A stretch of DNA of 59,190 nucleotides, counting the filler, from Sluysia triapertura (taxonomy: Eukaryota): NCBI GenBank assembly GCA_046118255.1. It is 4 parts of 4 records of this genome, joined end to end, with 100 filler letters (N's around TTAATTAATTAA, not from the genome) between each part and the next. Parts side by side here need not be neighbours in the genome. Positions count along the whole stretch, not along the records: positions 1 to 16,402 come from JBJNIA010204595.1; positions 16,503 to 29,794 come from JBJNIA010048232.1; 2 more parts are not named here. The stretch is one strand, 5' to 3'. The notes beneath the pieces are model-generated. The model was not told where the DNA came from. It searched no databases and saw only the letters and a list, made by a program, of their open reading frames with translations. Of the stretch, positions 11,720 through 25,025 are shown in pieces. How positions within the stretch are numbered: position 1 is the first letter of the stretch; every line of letters begins with the position of its first letter. Both the position numbers and the translations under genes were made by a program.

Positions 11720-14639
11720 CTTGGGATGCTTTTCGTATTTTACTTTAATGCGTGAACAATAGGAATATGATAAGACTGTGATTGTTTGGCCATGGTTTAG
11801 TGATCTTAAATTCTAAATATTTATAATATTTATCTTCGGAAAGATTTTTGAAAAGATCGATAGTATAGATACTCATAGAGAATTTAGAAATTAAATAAAA
11901 TGAATTATTGGTAGTATCATTTAGTCCGTAAATTCAATGACTGCCTTTTTATAGTTTGTAATGTGAAATATTGTCATTACATTTAAAAACATTTCTTCTG
12001 TAATTTACATAACGTTCAACTGATACCTCCAAAATTTTGTTCATAACTGTTAAATATACTTTTGTAACTCGTTTAATTTACAATATTCATCATTACTGTA
12101 GAGAGAAAAATTTAACGAGTTGTTTACGTAAACACTATATTTAGTATTTTATGGTCTTAGGTAAACATAAAATATAAAGGATTGTTTGTAAAACGACTCT
12201 AACAAATTTGTGCTATTCTACAACTGAAATGATAACTAATAATTTTATACTGGGTATCATAGCAATTAATATTTATTTTTTTGATAAATTTTTCCGGATA
12301 TAATGAAAATATTGGTAAAATAGTCTGAATATAATTTGAAATTTTCTTATTTTATAGACTTTTGTCATACTCTACGAAGTTTAATATAGATTGGTAAGGA
12401 TAATAATGTGTTAAGGAATTACGCATATCTGAATTAACACCATTTTGAAGTTGTTTTTCGAAGAGTATGGAAATAATTTTTTTTATATTTTTTATTGCAA
12501 ACAATTTCTTTTAAATTTGATGTTGCATAAATTCTGAATTCTGTCGAAATACTTTTTAAAATGCTATTAATTTTTGTAATATTTTTATTTGTTAATACAA
12601 GATGACGTTACTTTTGATGTACTCTGTAGTTGCGATGAGTTTATAAGTTGCTTTGTCAAATTAGTTCTGCATGTCATTTAAAAAGTATTGATCTTTCATT
12701 TTAAAATATAGTTTAACCAAAATATATTTTATTATTTTCATAGAACTGTATGTGGTAATAATATGTTAATATAAATTGTATTGAAATTTAACTTGAAATT
12801 GTTACATTTAGACATATTTATTAATAGAATTAATTTATTTAAGTTTGATAACATTAGGAAATTTTGCATTACAAAAAATAACCATATTTAATTATATCAA
12901 TCTTAACTTTATGATTTTACCAAACAAATACAAAAATAAACACTTAATTGATTTATTTTACAAAAATTTTTGATAGCTATATTTAAATTTTTCTGTGGCC
13001 TAATTTTCTGAGCATGCCTCATATATCGAAAATTGAGGTTCTAAAAGAAAATAAATAATATAAACATATAATTCGATTTATATAAGAGTTGGTTAAGCTA
13101 AAATCTAATATTACTTTAAAGTTCTGTTGGTTCCTCCAGTCTAATGGTGAGATGTCGCACTTAATAATAAGGTACTGAACCTACGATAATGATCATTGAG
13201 ATGCGATCTTAAACTAAAAAGATCCCTAATTTCAAAGCTTCGTGACCATAGATACAGTTTCTGCCATATCGGGAACGCTCACCATTTTGCATTCTTCCAC
13301 ACAAGCATACACCATATTTGTAATTTTTGTATTGATGGGCATCAGGTTGTGAATTTTTACTCAAAGATATGTTGTTACTATAGTAACGTTTTAATGGTCG
13401 GTCTTTGTTTTTACTTTTGCCATATTTTTTACTAATATAATTTTATTTGTGATCAGTTACGAGTCGACATCATAGGGACATGTATACTTTTATCTATTTT
13501 CATCACGATATACATTGAAGTATTAGGATGGTGTGGTAAATTTATTTTAACACTGACTAGTTATAGTATGATGATTGGTCGTGATTGGATAGATAGTGAG
13601 GTAATCATTATAGAAGGTAATTTTCATTCGCACACTATGCTGTAAAAATAAATAATGAAAAATAAGACTGTCGATGATTGGGCGTCCGATTAGAGACAAC
13701 ATAAAACATGTGGAAAAATATTTAAAGTAAAGTGATAGAGTAAAGAGATAATTTTAACGTGAGTGCATCAACGTTGGATTTGTGAATCAAAGGATTCTAA
13801 AGTAAGACTAAAAGAAATGCTAAAAGAACTTTGCTAGTGATTCTAATTTATATCTTTAAATAACGAATTAAAAAATATCTGGAGGTAAGTTTTGATATTA
13901 AGAAATTTTGTGAGACTTTAAGATAATGTTATTTGGGTTATTCCTTGAAATGGAATCTTAAAAAGATTTTACGTAATCGGATTTAAATTCCAATTGTTGA
14001 AAACAATTTCTTCTACTGATTTTATAATTACAACTATATAAATTGAACACTAAAACTCGATTTTCATAATTTATTGCGAAACAATTATGAAGCAATAATA
14101 AATCGTATATTACAATGATATTAATTTACGTATTTTAACTCAATAAGAGTTAAAAACTATAAAATCAATTAAGTTCTTAAATGATTTTTCGTGAGATCTA
14201 GTATAAGATCCAAATATTTAATAAAAGATTTTAAGTGTGATTTTGCGTTGATATTATTATTAATATCGTAACTTATAATAAGTAAACTAACGTAACGTGA
14301 AAAAAGGATTTATTTAGAATTCAACAGTAAAATGGTTCCAAAACCGTAGATCATGAATAACAAAATTATGTTAAAGTATTGAGTTATTTTACAAAATTAA
14401 AGTCTATTTATAATTGTTTTAATCTGAAGGTCAGATTAAAACAAAACATTAAAATTTAATTTATTAAAACAAAATATTAAAATTTATTTACTACATTAGT
14501 TTAATTTTTTAATTAACAATTAATATAAAATATAATTTCTTACTTTAGTTCAAATATTCTAAAAATAAATCACAAAAATTCGAATTAAGTTATTAAAAAT
14601 TAAAATTTAATCAAAATTACAAAGTTCATTTTAACAAAC

Positions 14640-15588
14640 AGAAAGAATTTAATTGGACCTGCAATCAAATGAAGTAAACGACGCTTAGTAACTGTCATCA
14701 GTTGATAGTTTATAACAATATAGTGATTTAGTTTAATGCACTGTCAACTGGTGAAAATAATCAATAAAAAGATAATGTATAATAATAATTATAATAGAAT
14801 AATGATAATATAATGAAAATTAAGCACATAAATCCTTTCTTTGTTTATTACACGAACTTTCTATAATTTTATTTACTATTTTCTTAACATATTATGAAAT
14901 AAAATCCTTTAAAACCATAAATGATTTTATCTTTGTTTTCTTATACTTTTCTAGATAAAATTTTGCAATACTAGTTTTGACTCTTGTTTCTTTTGAAAAA
15001 GAATTTGTTGAGTGATTACTAAGATCTGAATTATAGAAAGAGCTGATAAGAGAATGTTGAAAAAAAATTATTGACATAAAAGTATTTAGACAATGTTATT
15101 TTGATTACAACGTCTAAAATGGTTTCAAAGTGTTAATTTAATGTTTTCAGTGATATTAGAGATTGAGTGTTGAGGATTGTTAACTTGAAATATTTTAGAT
15201 TGATTTTAAGATGTATGTTTGATAGTTTGAGATGTAATTGTGAATTAATATTTTAAAAGAGTTTTTAGGTATAGATTGATGGTTTTGAATGTAATTATGA
15301 TTGGGTTGTTGACAGATTATTAATTTAAATGTTTTGAGGTGCGAAAAAATGGTTTCAGTGGATCTGAAGAAATAAAATATGAAAAAGGTTTTGATAGAAA
15401 ATTGGATAAAATGTTATAGAATGTGCTATGTTTTGAATTAATTTTTAATTAATTTTTGAATTAATTTTTTAAATGTATATTTGATGACTTGCGATGTTGT
15501 GAAATTTTATGTATTCTGAAATATTCTGAAGAGTGATTTGTTATATTCTATTGCCATACAATTTCAAATTATTAGGTTGACCACCAGA
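14640..15588 (-). repeat. Family B LTR-like repeat (~1 kb)
   Basis: Starts TCTGGTGGTCAACC on the minus strand. Shares TTTCATAATATGTTAAGAAAATAGTAAATAAAATTA exactly with the inverted copy at 45783-46760. Confidence 0.75.
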
Positions 15589-15871
15589 GCTTTGAAGAAC
15601 ACTTTCTTCCGTGTGTATGAGTTATAAATTGTTTATTTTTGAAAAAATCAAAATTGTATAATAATTTATTTGATGATAATTTGCATTTTCATCCACCGCT
15701 GCATTTTATACTTCATTTTTTGTCGTATATATATTCAATATATCTGTCTAATATTTATAAATAATAAATTATTATAATAATTAAATTAAATAATAATATA
15801 TTAATTTATATTTCGATCATATATATTACAAAGTAAGTACTCAAAAGCGTTTAAAATAAATCATTTACCAT

Positions 15872-16395
15872 ATTATTTCTGAAACAGAAAGAACTTTACC
15901 TGTTTCTTAAATATTTCATAATCTTCCAGAAATTTGATATTCTCTGGTAACTGGTTGTTTATATTTGAAAAATAAACGATATACAACTTATAACCTTGCT
16001 TATTGTCAATGTGGATTCTGTTATTATTTCTCGATGAAATATTCATCTTGGTTTCAAAATTTTTTATTATTTCTAAAGATATTCAGGACTTCCGTAATGT
16101 ACGCATTTTAACTTATTGTTTTGATTTTGAATTCTATTCTTGATTTTATTGGCAACCAATTTAATTTCTTAAAACATCTTCTTCCCACTTAGTCTTGCTG
16201 CTTGATTAATTTTTTCACTTCTCTATATGAAATAGAGCACAATATACCATTGTTAAAATCTATATTGTTATTTATTAATAAATGAACAATTAGTTTAGCT
16301 GTTTCTTTATTAATAAATTTTCGAATATGTAACATTTTATTTATTTGATAATTGATAATATATTATAAGATGTAAAATTTATAATTTATGATATG
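15872..16395 (-). mobile_element. L2/CR1-group LINE, degenerate 3' end of ORF2
   Basis: Reads IRKFINKETAKLIVHLLINNNIDFNNGIL..QAARL..LNWLPIKSRIEFKI..PEYL..NQLPENIK..FKKQVKFFLF across frameshifts. Matches the L2/CR1 post-RT blocks (AKxLVHAL, RLDYCN, NAAARL, LHWLP, WNSLP, FKxxLKTxLF). Confidence 0.85.
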
Positions 16396-16402
16396 CATTT
16401 AA

Positions 16403-16502
16403 NNNNNNNNNNNNNNNNNNNNNNNNNNNNNNNNNNNNNNNNNNNNTTAATTAATTAANNNNNNNNNNNNNNNNNNNNNNNNNNNNNNNNNNNNNNNNNN
16501 NN
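16403..16502. other. Artificial contig join (44 N + TTAATTAATTAA + 44 N)
   Basis: Six-frame-stop linker inside N runs; the identical structure occurs three times. Confidence 0.95.
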
Positions 16503-17052
16503 CAGTTTGAATTTTTTAAAAGAACAATTATTTCTTAAAATGGTTTCATTTTATTTTTTATTTAATATTTTATTATTATTTTTGTTATTATCGGTGATTT
16601 TAAAATATATCAAGCCAAAAAAATCGAAATATAATTGTGCTCGGTAAATATAATAGATTATCTAAGTATAATAAATAAAATATAATGAGTTATATTTAAT
16701 TATTATTATTTTAAGTTATTGTTTAATCATTTTTAAACTGTGGCAGCAAATAAAATTAATATATTATCGTATTTGATAATTCTATTGGTAATTCTAAGAC
16801 ATTTTGGCGGACAAGCGTTTTATTTATATATTATCTTAAATTATTTAATAATAATAATACATTTATTTATTTATTTATTATATATAAATGTAATTCAAGT
16901 AGCAAAAATATGTCTAAAGTTACATATATATAATAAATTAAATATAAATATATATTTATAATTTTCTTTTTTACTGATTAACGAAATTTTCTAAATTTGT
17001 ATTAATTATTTATTAATTCAATAAGTTTTAATTGTTTTAATTTAAATTATAG

Positions 17053-17487
17053 CAGAAATACCACAATTTTTACAAGGCCCCAAATCCGTCGTATATGTAT
17101 CGAATATATATGAAACTATACAATTAGATATTGTCATTCACACATCATATCCTTTATCAGATTACTCTTTACAATTGGTAAGCAGAGTTTCTTCAGCGGT
17201 ACCTTCTAAACTGTCTCGATATCAATTAATAACTATCGTAAATATAACGCGTAATACATCAAGCAATTCTGAACCATTACCAATAGTCAAAAGCAGTTCA
17301 TTACCAACACAACTTAGTCTGTTGAAAGTTTTTAGCAATATAATTTATTATAAAAATAGTAACATAGTATCATACAAAGTGACATTAATTGATTGGAGTC
17401 AGTTAATGCTATTGCAAGCATTACATTTCAAAATTGTTACTATAAATAGTGCTCATGTCAGCACACCTTTCAAAATTAAATTATACA
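17053..17487 (+). CDS. Ig-superfamily receptor, exon A (divergent Cys-less Ig-like domain)
   Basis: TTATAG acceptor, open frame EIPQFLQGPKSVVYV...TPFKIKLY, donor GTTAG at 17488. Phase 1 at both ends; splices in frame to 19270. Confidence 0.7.
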
Positions 17488-19269
17488 GTTAGATTTTAAA
17501 ATATTTATTGTTTTTACTTATTATTAAACTAATAATAATAATTATTATTATTATCATTATTATTTATTACCATTTTGAAAAAAATATATTTCTCTAAATT
17601 TACAATTACCTTTACATTTATGTTTTTATATGCTGTTCGAAATCTGAAATTGTAACTATAAATAGAAATTATTTTGATTTGATCTTGCTGGAATCTTAAA
17701 TAAAGTAAAACAATAAATAATAATAACCGTTATTTTTCTACCCAAGGTTTATGTAATGTAGTATAAAATGTAGTATAAAAATTAACGATATGCATTAATA
17801 CTATTACTAGGTTTTTTCTTAACTTAGTCTTATGAATAAAAGAATGTTTAAAGTGAGTCCACCAACGTACTAGGCTTACCATTTAGGGCTCGCCGTTGGA
17901 TTTAAATTATGATCTGATCACTATATTTTGACAACACGATTTAATTTATTTTGTTATAAGAATCGGTAAAGATAAACTTTCTTAAATTATTTATTAAACA
18001 ATAAATGTTATCTATGAATTTAAGATAAATCCTATTAAAAAGGATTATCACATTAATTATAATGTGAACTTACAAATCCGAGTAAATTTCGGAGAAATTG
18101 TATACACAAACGTATTTTAGGATTTTAAAACTATTTAATTTGCACTTGATTCGATTAAATGAATCTATTATAAACTTAATTCAAAAACAAATATTAAATT
18201 CAAAAAGAATAATTTACAAAATTAATGGCAATGTTCAATAATAATATAATAACACAAAGTAATAATATGCTACAATATTAATTTGACTAAAGTTAATAGA
18301 AAACAATAAATGATTTTAAAATAGGATTTTACACAAGAACCGTGAAATGATTCCGAAAATTTACAAATAATAATTTTCCTACATTTTACAAAAATACGTC
18401 TAAAACTACTGTAAACTTATTAAAAATAAACTAACGAAAAACAGTAAAGTAAGATTTGCCCCAATCCATTTTATCGTCCAAAATTGTGCTTTGTAAATTG
18501 TGACTCCAATATTGATATTCAAAAATTGTGTTTTGTAAAAACCATAATTAGAAAGTTAATACTTAAAAAATTGTGTAACCTTGTCTAATTGAGATTAATT
18601 TATAATAATTTTAATTGTCCTTGAACAATTTTGGACAAACAAAACTTATTTTACTAAAATTAATTTTTTAATTTTTTACTTTAAAATTTACAATATTTTA
18701 TTTAAATATTTAATTTTTAAGGTTTTTACTAAAAATACTTACATTAAATAAATCCAGATAATAATAACAATTAAATCTAGACAATCGATAATAATAACAA
18801 TGTTAAAGATCAAAAATTAACTGTTTATTAATTGTTTAAATAATTTATGTTGTATATTTTATGTATCACTAATCAACATATACAAAATAACACAACATTA
18901 TTATTTTATTATTATTATAATTACAATTATTATGATAAAACATGCTCTAAGTATTTAGTCAAATAATTCATACCATTTTTGTTATTGATATCGATATCAT
19001 AATTTAAAATCTAAAAACAAACTTTTCATTTTCGTCTTGTATAAGTTCTAAAATATAATTATTATGATTTATTACAATTTATTAATTAAATAATTTTGTC
19101 TCAAATTTAAAAACATTAAATAATTATAATAATTATTTAACCTAACTTCTTAAAATTTTATTACAGCATTTTTTCATATTAACATTAAATTACTAAACTC
19201 TGAATTTTATCTAAAACAATAATTAGTAATATTTTGTAATTATTATTTATTACAAATTTTGAATTTTAG

Positions 19270-19590
19270 AATTAAATAAATTTACTGAACGAGGTAATGA
19301 ATATGTCGAATTTGTGATGGGGAATGTAGCACAAATAGTATGCAAACCACCAGATTCAGATCCTAGTCCACCATACATTAGTTTCTTATTTAATGGGAAT
19401 GTTATCGATACAAATTCAAGCAGAACCACCAGATATCGGGTTGTTCATTTTCCACCACATTTCGATAAAGTTGCTTTACTCATACTTAGTGTTACTAAAG
19501 AAGATGTTGGTGAGTACAAGTGCAAAGCAAGTATACTAGGTACAAATTTGGCTTATGAATCTTCAAAAAAAACTTCACTTAGAGTTCAAG
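19270..19590 (+). CDS. Ig-superfamily receptor, exon B (complete Ig domain, iHog/CDON/BOC Ig2-like)
   Basis: TTTTAG acceptor and G|GTAAG donor. GNVAQIVCKPPDSDPSP...LLILSVTKEDVGEYKCKA...LRVQ has both Ig cysteines and the DxGxYxC motif. Confidence 0.9.
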
Positions 19591-19630
19591 GTAAGAAAAA
19601 TATTAAATGTGTTACAATACGGTTTACTTA

Positions 19631-19642
19631 TTATCATCATCA

Positions 19643-19690
<48 letters not shown>
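19631..19690. repeat. (CAT)n(TAT)n microsatellite
   Basis: Directly visible. Similar tracts at 23190-23260, 38470-38730, 39667-39720, 42320-42412 and 52360-52391. Confidence 0.95.
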
Positions 19691-19691
<1 letters not shown>

Positions 19692-22600
19692 ATTCTTAGC
19701 ATATTTCCGTTGTAAACTTTCATCATATAACAGAAAACACATTAACTTTATATATGAAAATAAAGTTAAAAAAATTTTTAAATTGTTTTCTAAGAATTTC
19801 TTTTTTGTATTTTTTACAAACTTTATTGATTTTGTTTTGAAACATTAAAATCGATATTCGTTTTATAATTAAAACGAAATATAACAAAAAAAAGTTACAG
19901 CAAACTTTAAACATTTAAATTAAAGAAATATTGCTTTTTTAAAAATCATATATTAAACCATGTACATTATGATTAGTTTAATCAATTTGCTGTTATTGTA
20001 AATTAAATTGCTTCTGCTAAAAACTAGTGAAACTTCTTTTATTAACGATTAAATCTGTAACATTCACCTGTTATGGTTTTTACCTCTTTGATTACTTTGC
20101 TAAACTTACGTAGCGGATTTCTTAAACTCTTTTTAATATGACTCTTAGTTTCTGGTAACGATTTAAATTTCTTTACTTATATAAATTCTTAATAATAATA
20201 ACTTGACTTTCTTAATAATATTCCAATCTTATGATACTACTTAGATATAATTGAAGGTATAAGCATTTATTAACATAAACTCTTTTTATTGCCTTATTCT
20301 ACAAGTGGTATTTGTACTTTATATTAGATTCACCTTATCTAGAATTGTGAATTCATATATTCGTTGTGGTGGTCTGAAATGGAAATGCTTAATAGGATCT
20401 TTATAATTTAGTTATTTTAACTCCCACTACAATTATAGAGTACTAAATTTATTTAGTTACGTTACACAAACTTTAGTCGATATTAATCCTAAACTTTGAT
20501 CAAATTTTATTCGTAATTATTCAATCTAAAATTTAGCTGTTTTCGACCTTTATTTAGTACGCAAATAACAACAAGCAAAAAAAATAAGAAGAAGAAATTA
20601 TTCCTTTATTACAAAATCTCTCTTATTTTAATTATAATTTATAAATAAAATTTTAATATCGATTTTATCATCTTTTTCGACTAGTGATAATTCTTGTTTT
20701 TGAGCCTTCTTGTCTTCAGATTGATCAATCATTAAAATATTTACGAAAGAATAGTAACTCGATTTGTAGTTTAGCGATTTTCTCGATATTTTTGTGTTTC
20801 TTTTCATACTACTTTTCCATGTAATCGAATTATATCATTTACAAAACTTATAATACTTTTCAATTATAATAGTTCAGACAAATTGAAATTGAAATGATTT
20901 AATTACATACAAATAAAATAATACAGAAACTTTGAAGGTTTAATTATACAGAAAATTATAAATAATTAATTTTATGATATTTCTAAATAATTTTCAAGTT
21001 ATCCAATACAGAGAATTATAATAGTTCAGAAAAATTAATTAAGAATTATTTCTAGTCGAAAATAATGTTATTGATTTTTAATTACATGCTGTTTCTATTT
21101 AATTTCAATTCAATATGATTTTATTCTATTAAAATGCTTTTAAATTTATATTGCATATGATTCGTCTTATATATTCTAAATCATATTTTAAAGATAATTT
21201 TGATCGGATTTTATGTTCTTAAAATTGATTTCATACTACTGTTCTTGATTCTTAATTTAAGATGATCTATTGATTACAATAACAAGGTTTGATGTTTATA
21301 TATTTTAATTTCATATTATCTTTATATAATCTCACTTTAAATTGATTATTTCTACATTTTCACTTGAAATTTAATTATTATTTGTTATTACATTTTGAAT
21401 TTATATTAACAATAAGCAATCCCATTTTAAAATGATACTAAAACATTATAATCTTAATAATCTTTTAACCATTATTTTATTAAAATGAATATGTCTAAAT
21501 ATTATATTTTAACAATTATTTTATTAAAAATGAATTTATTTTATTAAAGTGAAAAATTAGCATTGCCTAAATATTTATTTTACATTAGGACATTATAAGG
21601 ATAAATGCTAATGAAGTTATTATTATGTATTAATCGATGTTACCATAGAAATGACTTAATTAATTTTGATTGGATTTTTGTGAATAGTTACGAATATTTG
21701 TAATGATTGTTGTGATTTGAAATTGTTTAATTTAGATAATAATTTTGGGTTACATAAAATGATGTTTTATAACACTTTTTTATTTTAGATTTCAAAACTT
21801 CTATTCTTAGGTTAATATTCATCGAACCTAGGAAGAAGACTAAATTTAAAAGTTTATAATTAGAAAACGAAAATTCGTAAATACCACAATTTTTATTGAA
21901 CACAAAATTTAAAATTTTTATTGTTTAACAAGTTCATTGTACATATGATACTCTCGATTAGCTACGTTTCGCTATCTAAAAATAAAATAGAAATTAAATT
22001 GTTTTTGGTGTGACAATAAAAAGAGATTACTTTATCATAACCAGTTGTTATATGTTTCCGAAGTTGGTATTCCAATGCATTTGAGTAATTTCGTAAGTCT
22101 GAACAGGTGAATATGTAAGATATATATTCGGTTTTATGATTCATTACTTGATTAACTGCATGTACATACAAACAATTATTTCCGAATTTTGTGCATCTAC
22201 TATTTAGGTCACTACTATATGGGTAAAGTGCTGTTCTAATACATTGATTTGAATATGATAAATTATTGAAATAGTTGAAATTGGATTGACAGTAACTGAT
22301 GGAAAGTACATTAAATTCTTGAACGTATAGCTAAAATGATGACATTTATAAGGATCAGTGTAACGATATAGAGAACGTATTTTCAAATCTTTTTTACATT
22401 TATCTTTGTACTCGATACTTAACTGTGATGCATATATTCGTAGAACTTAAATTAAGTCTGGACTTGTATTCATTGTTGTTATCGTAAAAGGTTTGATAAT
22501 ATTCATGTTTAATACATTATTTTTCTTAATTCGAATATCGATCATAAGCATTCTTTTACATGTAACAGAGTAATTATAAACCTTACCAGTAACTACTAAT

Positions 22601-23215
22601 GCGAACTTTATACTTTGATTCAGATAAATGACTTTAACACACCTATTTATAATACTTTTATTCGAAAATTCAGCCTTTCTTGCATCATCAAAAATTTATC
22701 CTTATTATTTTTCACGTAATTCTGCATGAATTGGTATCATAAAATCATGTTCATTTAAATTTTCATTTGATCTTTTTATTTTTAAAATGGAATAGCATTG
22801 AGAAAATATATTGATAGAGTTGTCAATGCTTAATCTCGTTTTATTGTCGAAACCAAAAGAGTGTGGTTTAGTGGGTGTAAAGAAGATACATTATAGACTA
22901 TGTTTTGGTACATTCTAAAAGATAATTGTGTGATGTTAAAAAGATATGACTTTGGTTATGTTAGTATTAAACAACGTAAGAAAGTGTTTATAATGAATTT
23001 AAAAATGTGAATTGTAGATTTTGAAAGTAAATGTGATTTTTATTGTATTGGAAAGAAAATTGTTAATAAGATGTGTAAAATGTTGGCTCGCCTCTTTTTC
23101 TCTTTGAATTTTTTCCGTTTCTCTTTGATTTTTGTATATTTAATGTTGGAAAAATAAACATATCATTCGAATTTAACAAATTAACACTAATAATAATAAC
23201 AACAACAACAACAAC

Positions 23216-23261
<46 letters not shown>

Positions 23262-24779
23262 TACTTTATAATACATATTTCGCATTTGTTGAATATTTTA
23301 ACAAAGAAAATGAAAATTGAAATCATTCTTGAATATTAATTAATGAATTGATGTTAAATCTGAAAACTACTATTTATCGACACAAGTGATTGTAAGGATA
23401 TCGCAGCTTTCTTAAAGGGATTAATATTTTCTAAAGTTTTACGAAAAATTTATAAGTATATTTATTAATTAATTTAATTAAAATTGTTTTAAAATAATTT
23501 TTTTATCGATACGATAACCTTCCGTATGATATTTGATGATAAATACAATTATGAACGCCAATATAGTGCGAAACACGTCGACGTAGATAACTAAAATTAC
23601 AGTTTTAATTAATTTTCTTTATTTTAAAGTTAAAATCATGTGTATTATAATGAGCGTACATTATAATATTAAATTATTGCTCATTAAATGATAATTCTAA
23701 ATATGTTATTGAAATTGACATATTAACTTGTTATGTATTGTATCAAAAGTTATTATTGAAAATAAGTTTATATTCAATTTCGCATTATCTTAATGTATTA
23801 TTGTCTCCATAAGCATTATTATAACTATAATATTAAATTTTAATTTTATTATTTCGAAAAGATAAGAGTTTGTTTGCCTCAAACTCATATACTTTGGATA
23901 ACTGCCAGATAATATTAAGATTGAAATTCGATGTAAATTAAGGTTCAGATTTGATTAATGAAATTGGTGGTGATTAGCACGTCTTTTCGACATGTACAAT
24001 AATTAAGTCGAATTTTCGACTTCCTTGCAATTACCTAAACATCATATAAGGAAACACATTCTTATATCATTTTACACGGAAAAGGTAATAATAAAAATAA
24101 TTTTCTGTAAGAGGCTGTTTCTTACACTGATTGAATCTTACATTTCTTTAGAAATCTAACTAAATTTTATCTGTAAGCCAACTTATTTGTGGTGAATTAG
24201 TTGAGTATTCTATGGTTTTTCTGAATTCTGAACCTCCGGCAAAATAAAATTTATCAGGTCCTAGTTACAGGAAATGCTTTATATCATAGAGAGGGCGCTA
24301 CTGTAACTACACTTAAGCAAATCTTAATGTAAATTTAACAATAATTATTATTCTCTTTATGTAAATTAAAAGGTCTGTTAGCTTTTAATTTAATTTTATC
24401 AATCTGACCTTAATTTATAATTTTTAATGCTTGTTAAGATAGATTTGAAACTTATCGGTGAATTTAATGATAATGAAAACAAGCCAATTTCAAAAACTTA
24501 AATATATTCAATAACACAAAAAAATATTTATATTATTTAGACAAAATACAAGAAGGAAATCCAAAAGGATCTTTAATTATTTAGTTATAATTTATAAATT
24601 ACAAATTATTCTCCTCTTACATCGGGTTAAAAAATCACGTTAAAAAAGATTTTAAGTACGAGTTTAAGGTTTTTACTTCCAAAACAAATAATCAACAAAA
24701 TCATTGGTACTTCGTAAAGAGAAAATGAAGACTAAATTTGTGAATAAATCGAATTTAGAAATATTAATCAAAACCAAGA

Positions 24780-25025
24780 TGGAGTCCAAAACTGTGATTA
24801 TTTTGTGTGTTTTCTTTATGATTAACTGCAGTTATTTATATAAGCCAACAGCCGATCATAAGCGAGTAGAATTCTAGAAACTTCTTTTCTATTTTTAGTA
24901 CGGAATTTTCTTTTTTAGAAAAGAAGGTATATTTTTAAGAAAATAAGATTTTTTTAGTTTTAAATGAATATTATAAGTTTCTTTGTTGTTTGTAATTTTA
25001 ATAGGATTGTGATGAAAACCTAACG
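24780..25025 (-). repeat. LTR-like repeat, family C
   Basis: AACTGCAGTTATTTATATAAGCCAACAGCCGATC...GATTGTGATGAAAACCTAAC parallels 30500-30764. Confidence 0.6.

Noticed and set aside
13125-13185. tRNA-like A-box (AGTCTAATGG)
   Set aside because: No B-box, T-arm or acceptor stem follows.
16447-16458. TTAATTAATTAA as a biological repeat or piggyBac target
   Set aside because: Centred in fixed-length N runs three times; it is an assembly linker.
19555-19848. Poly-Ile/Tyr/His ORFs (also 23063-23326, 38449-38718, 42411-42593)
   Set aside because: Translations of trinucleotide microsatellites.
21960-22760. Coding-like minus-strand stretch (similar ones at 13250-13650, 20000-20500, 35580-35980, 42920-43400)
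   Set aside because: Many stops and no family recognisable by eye; probably decayed element interiors.
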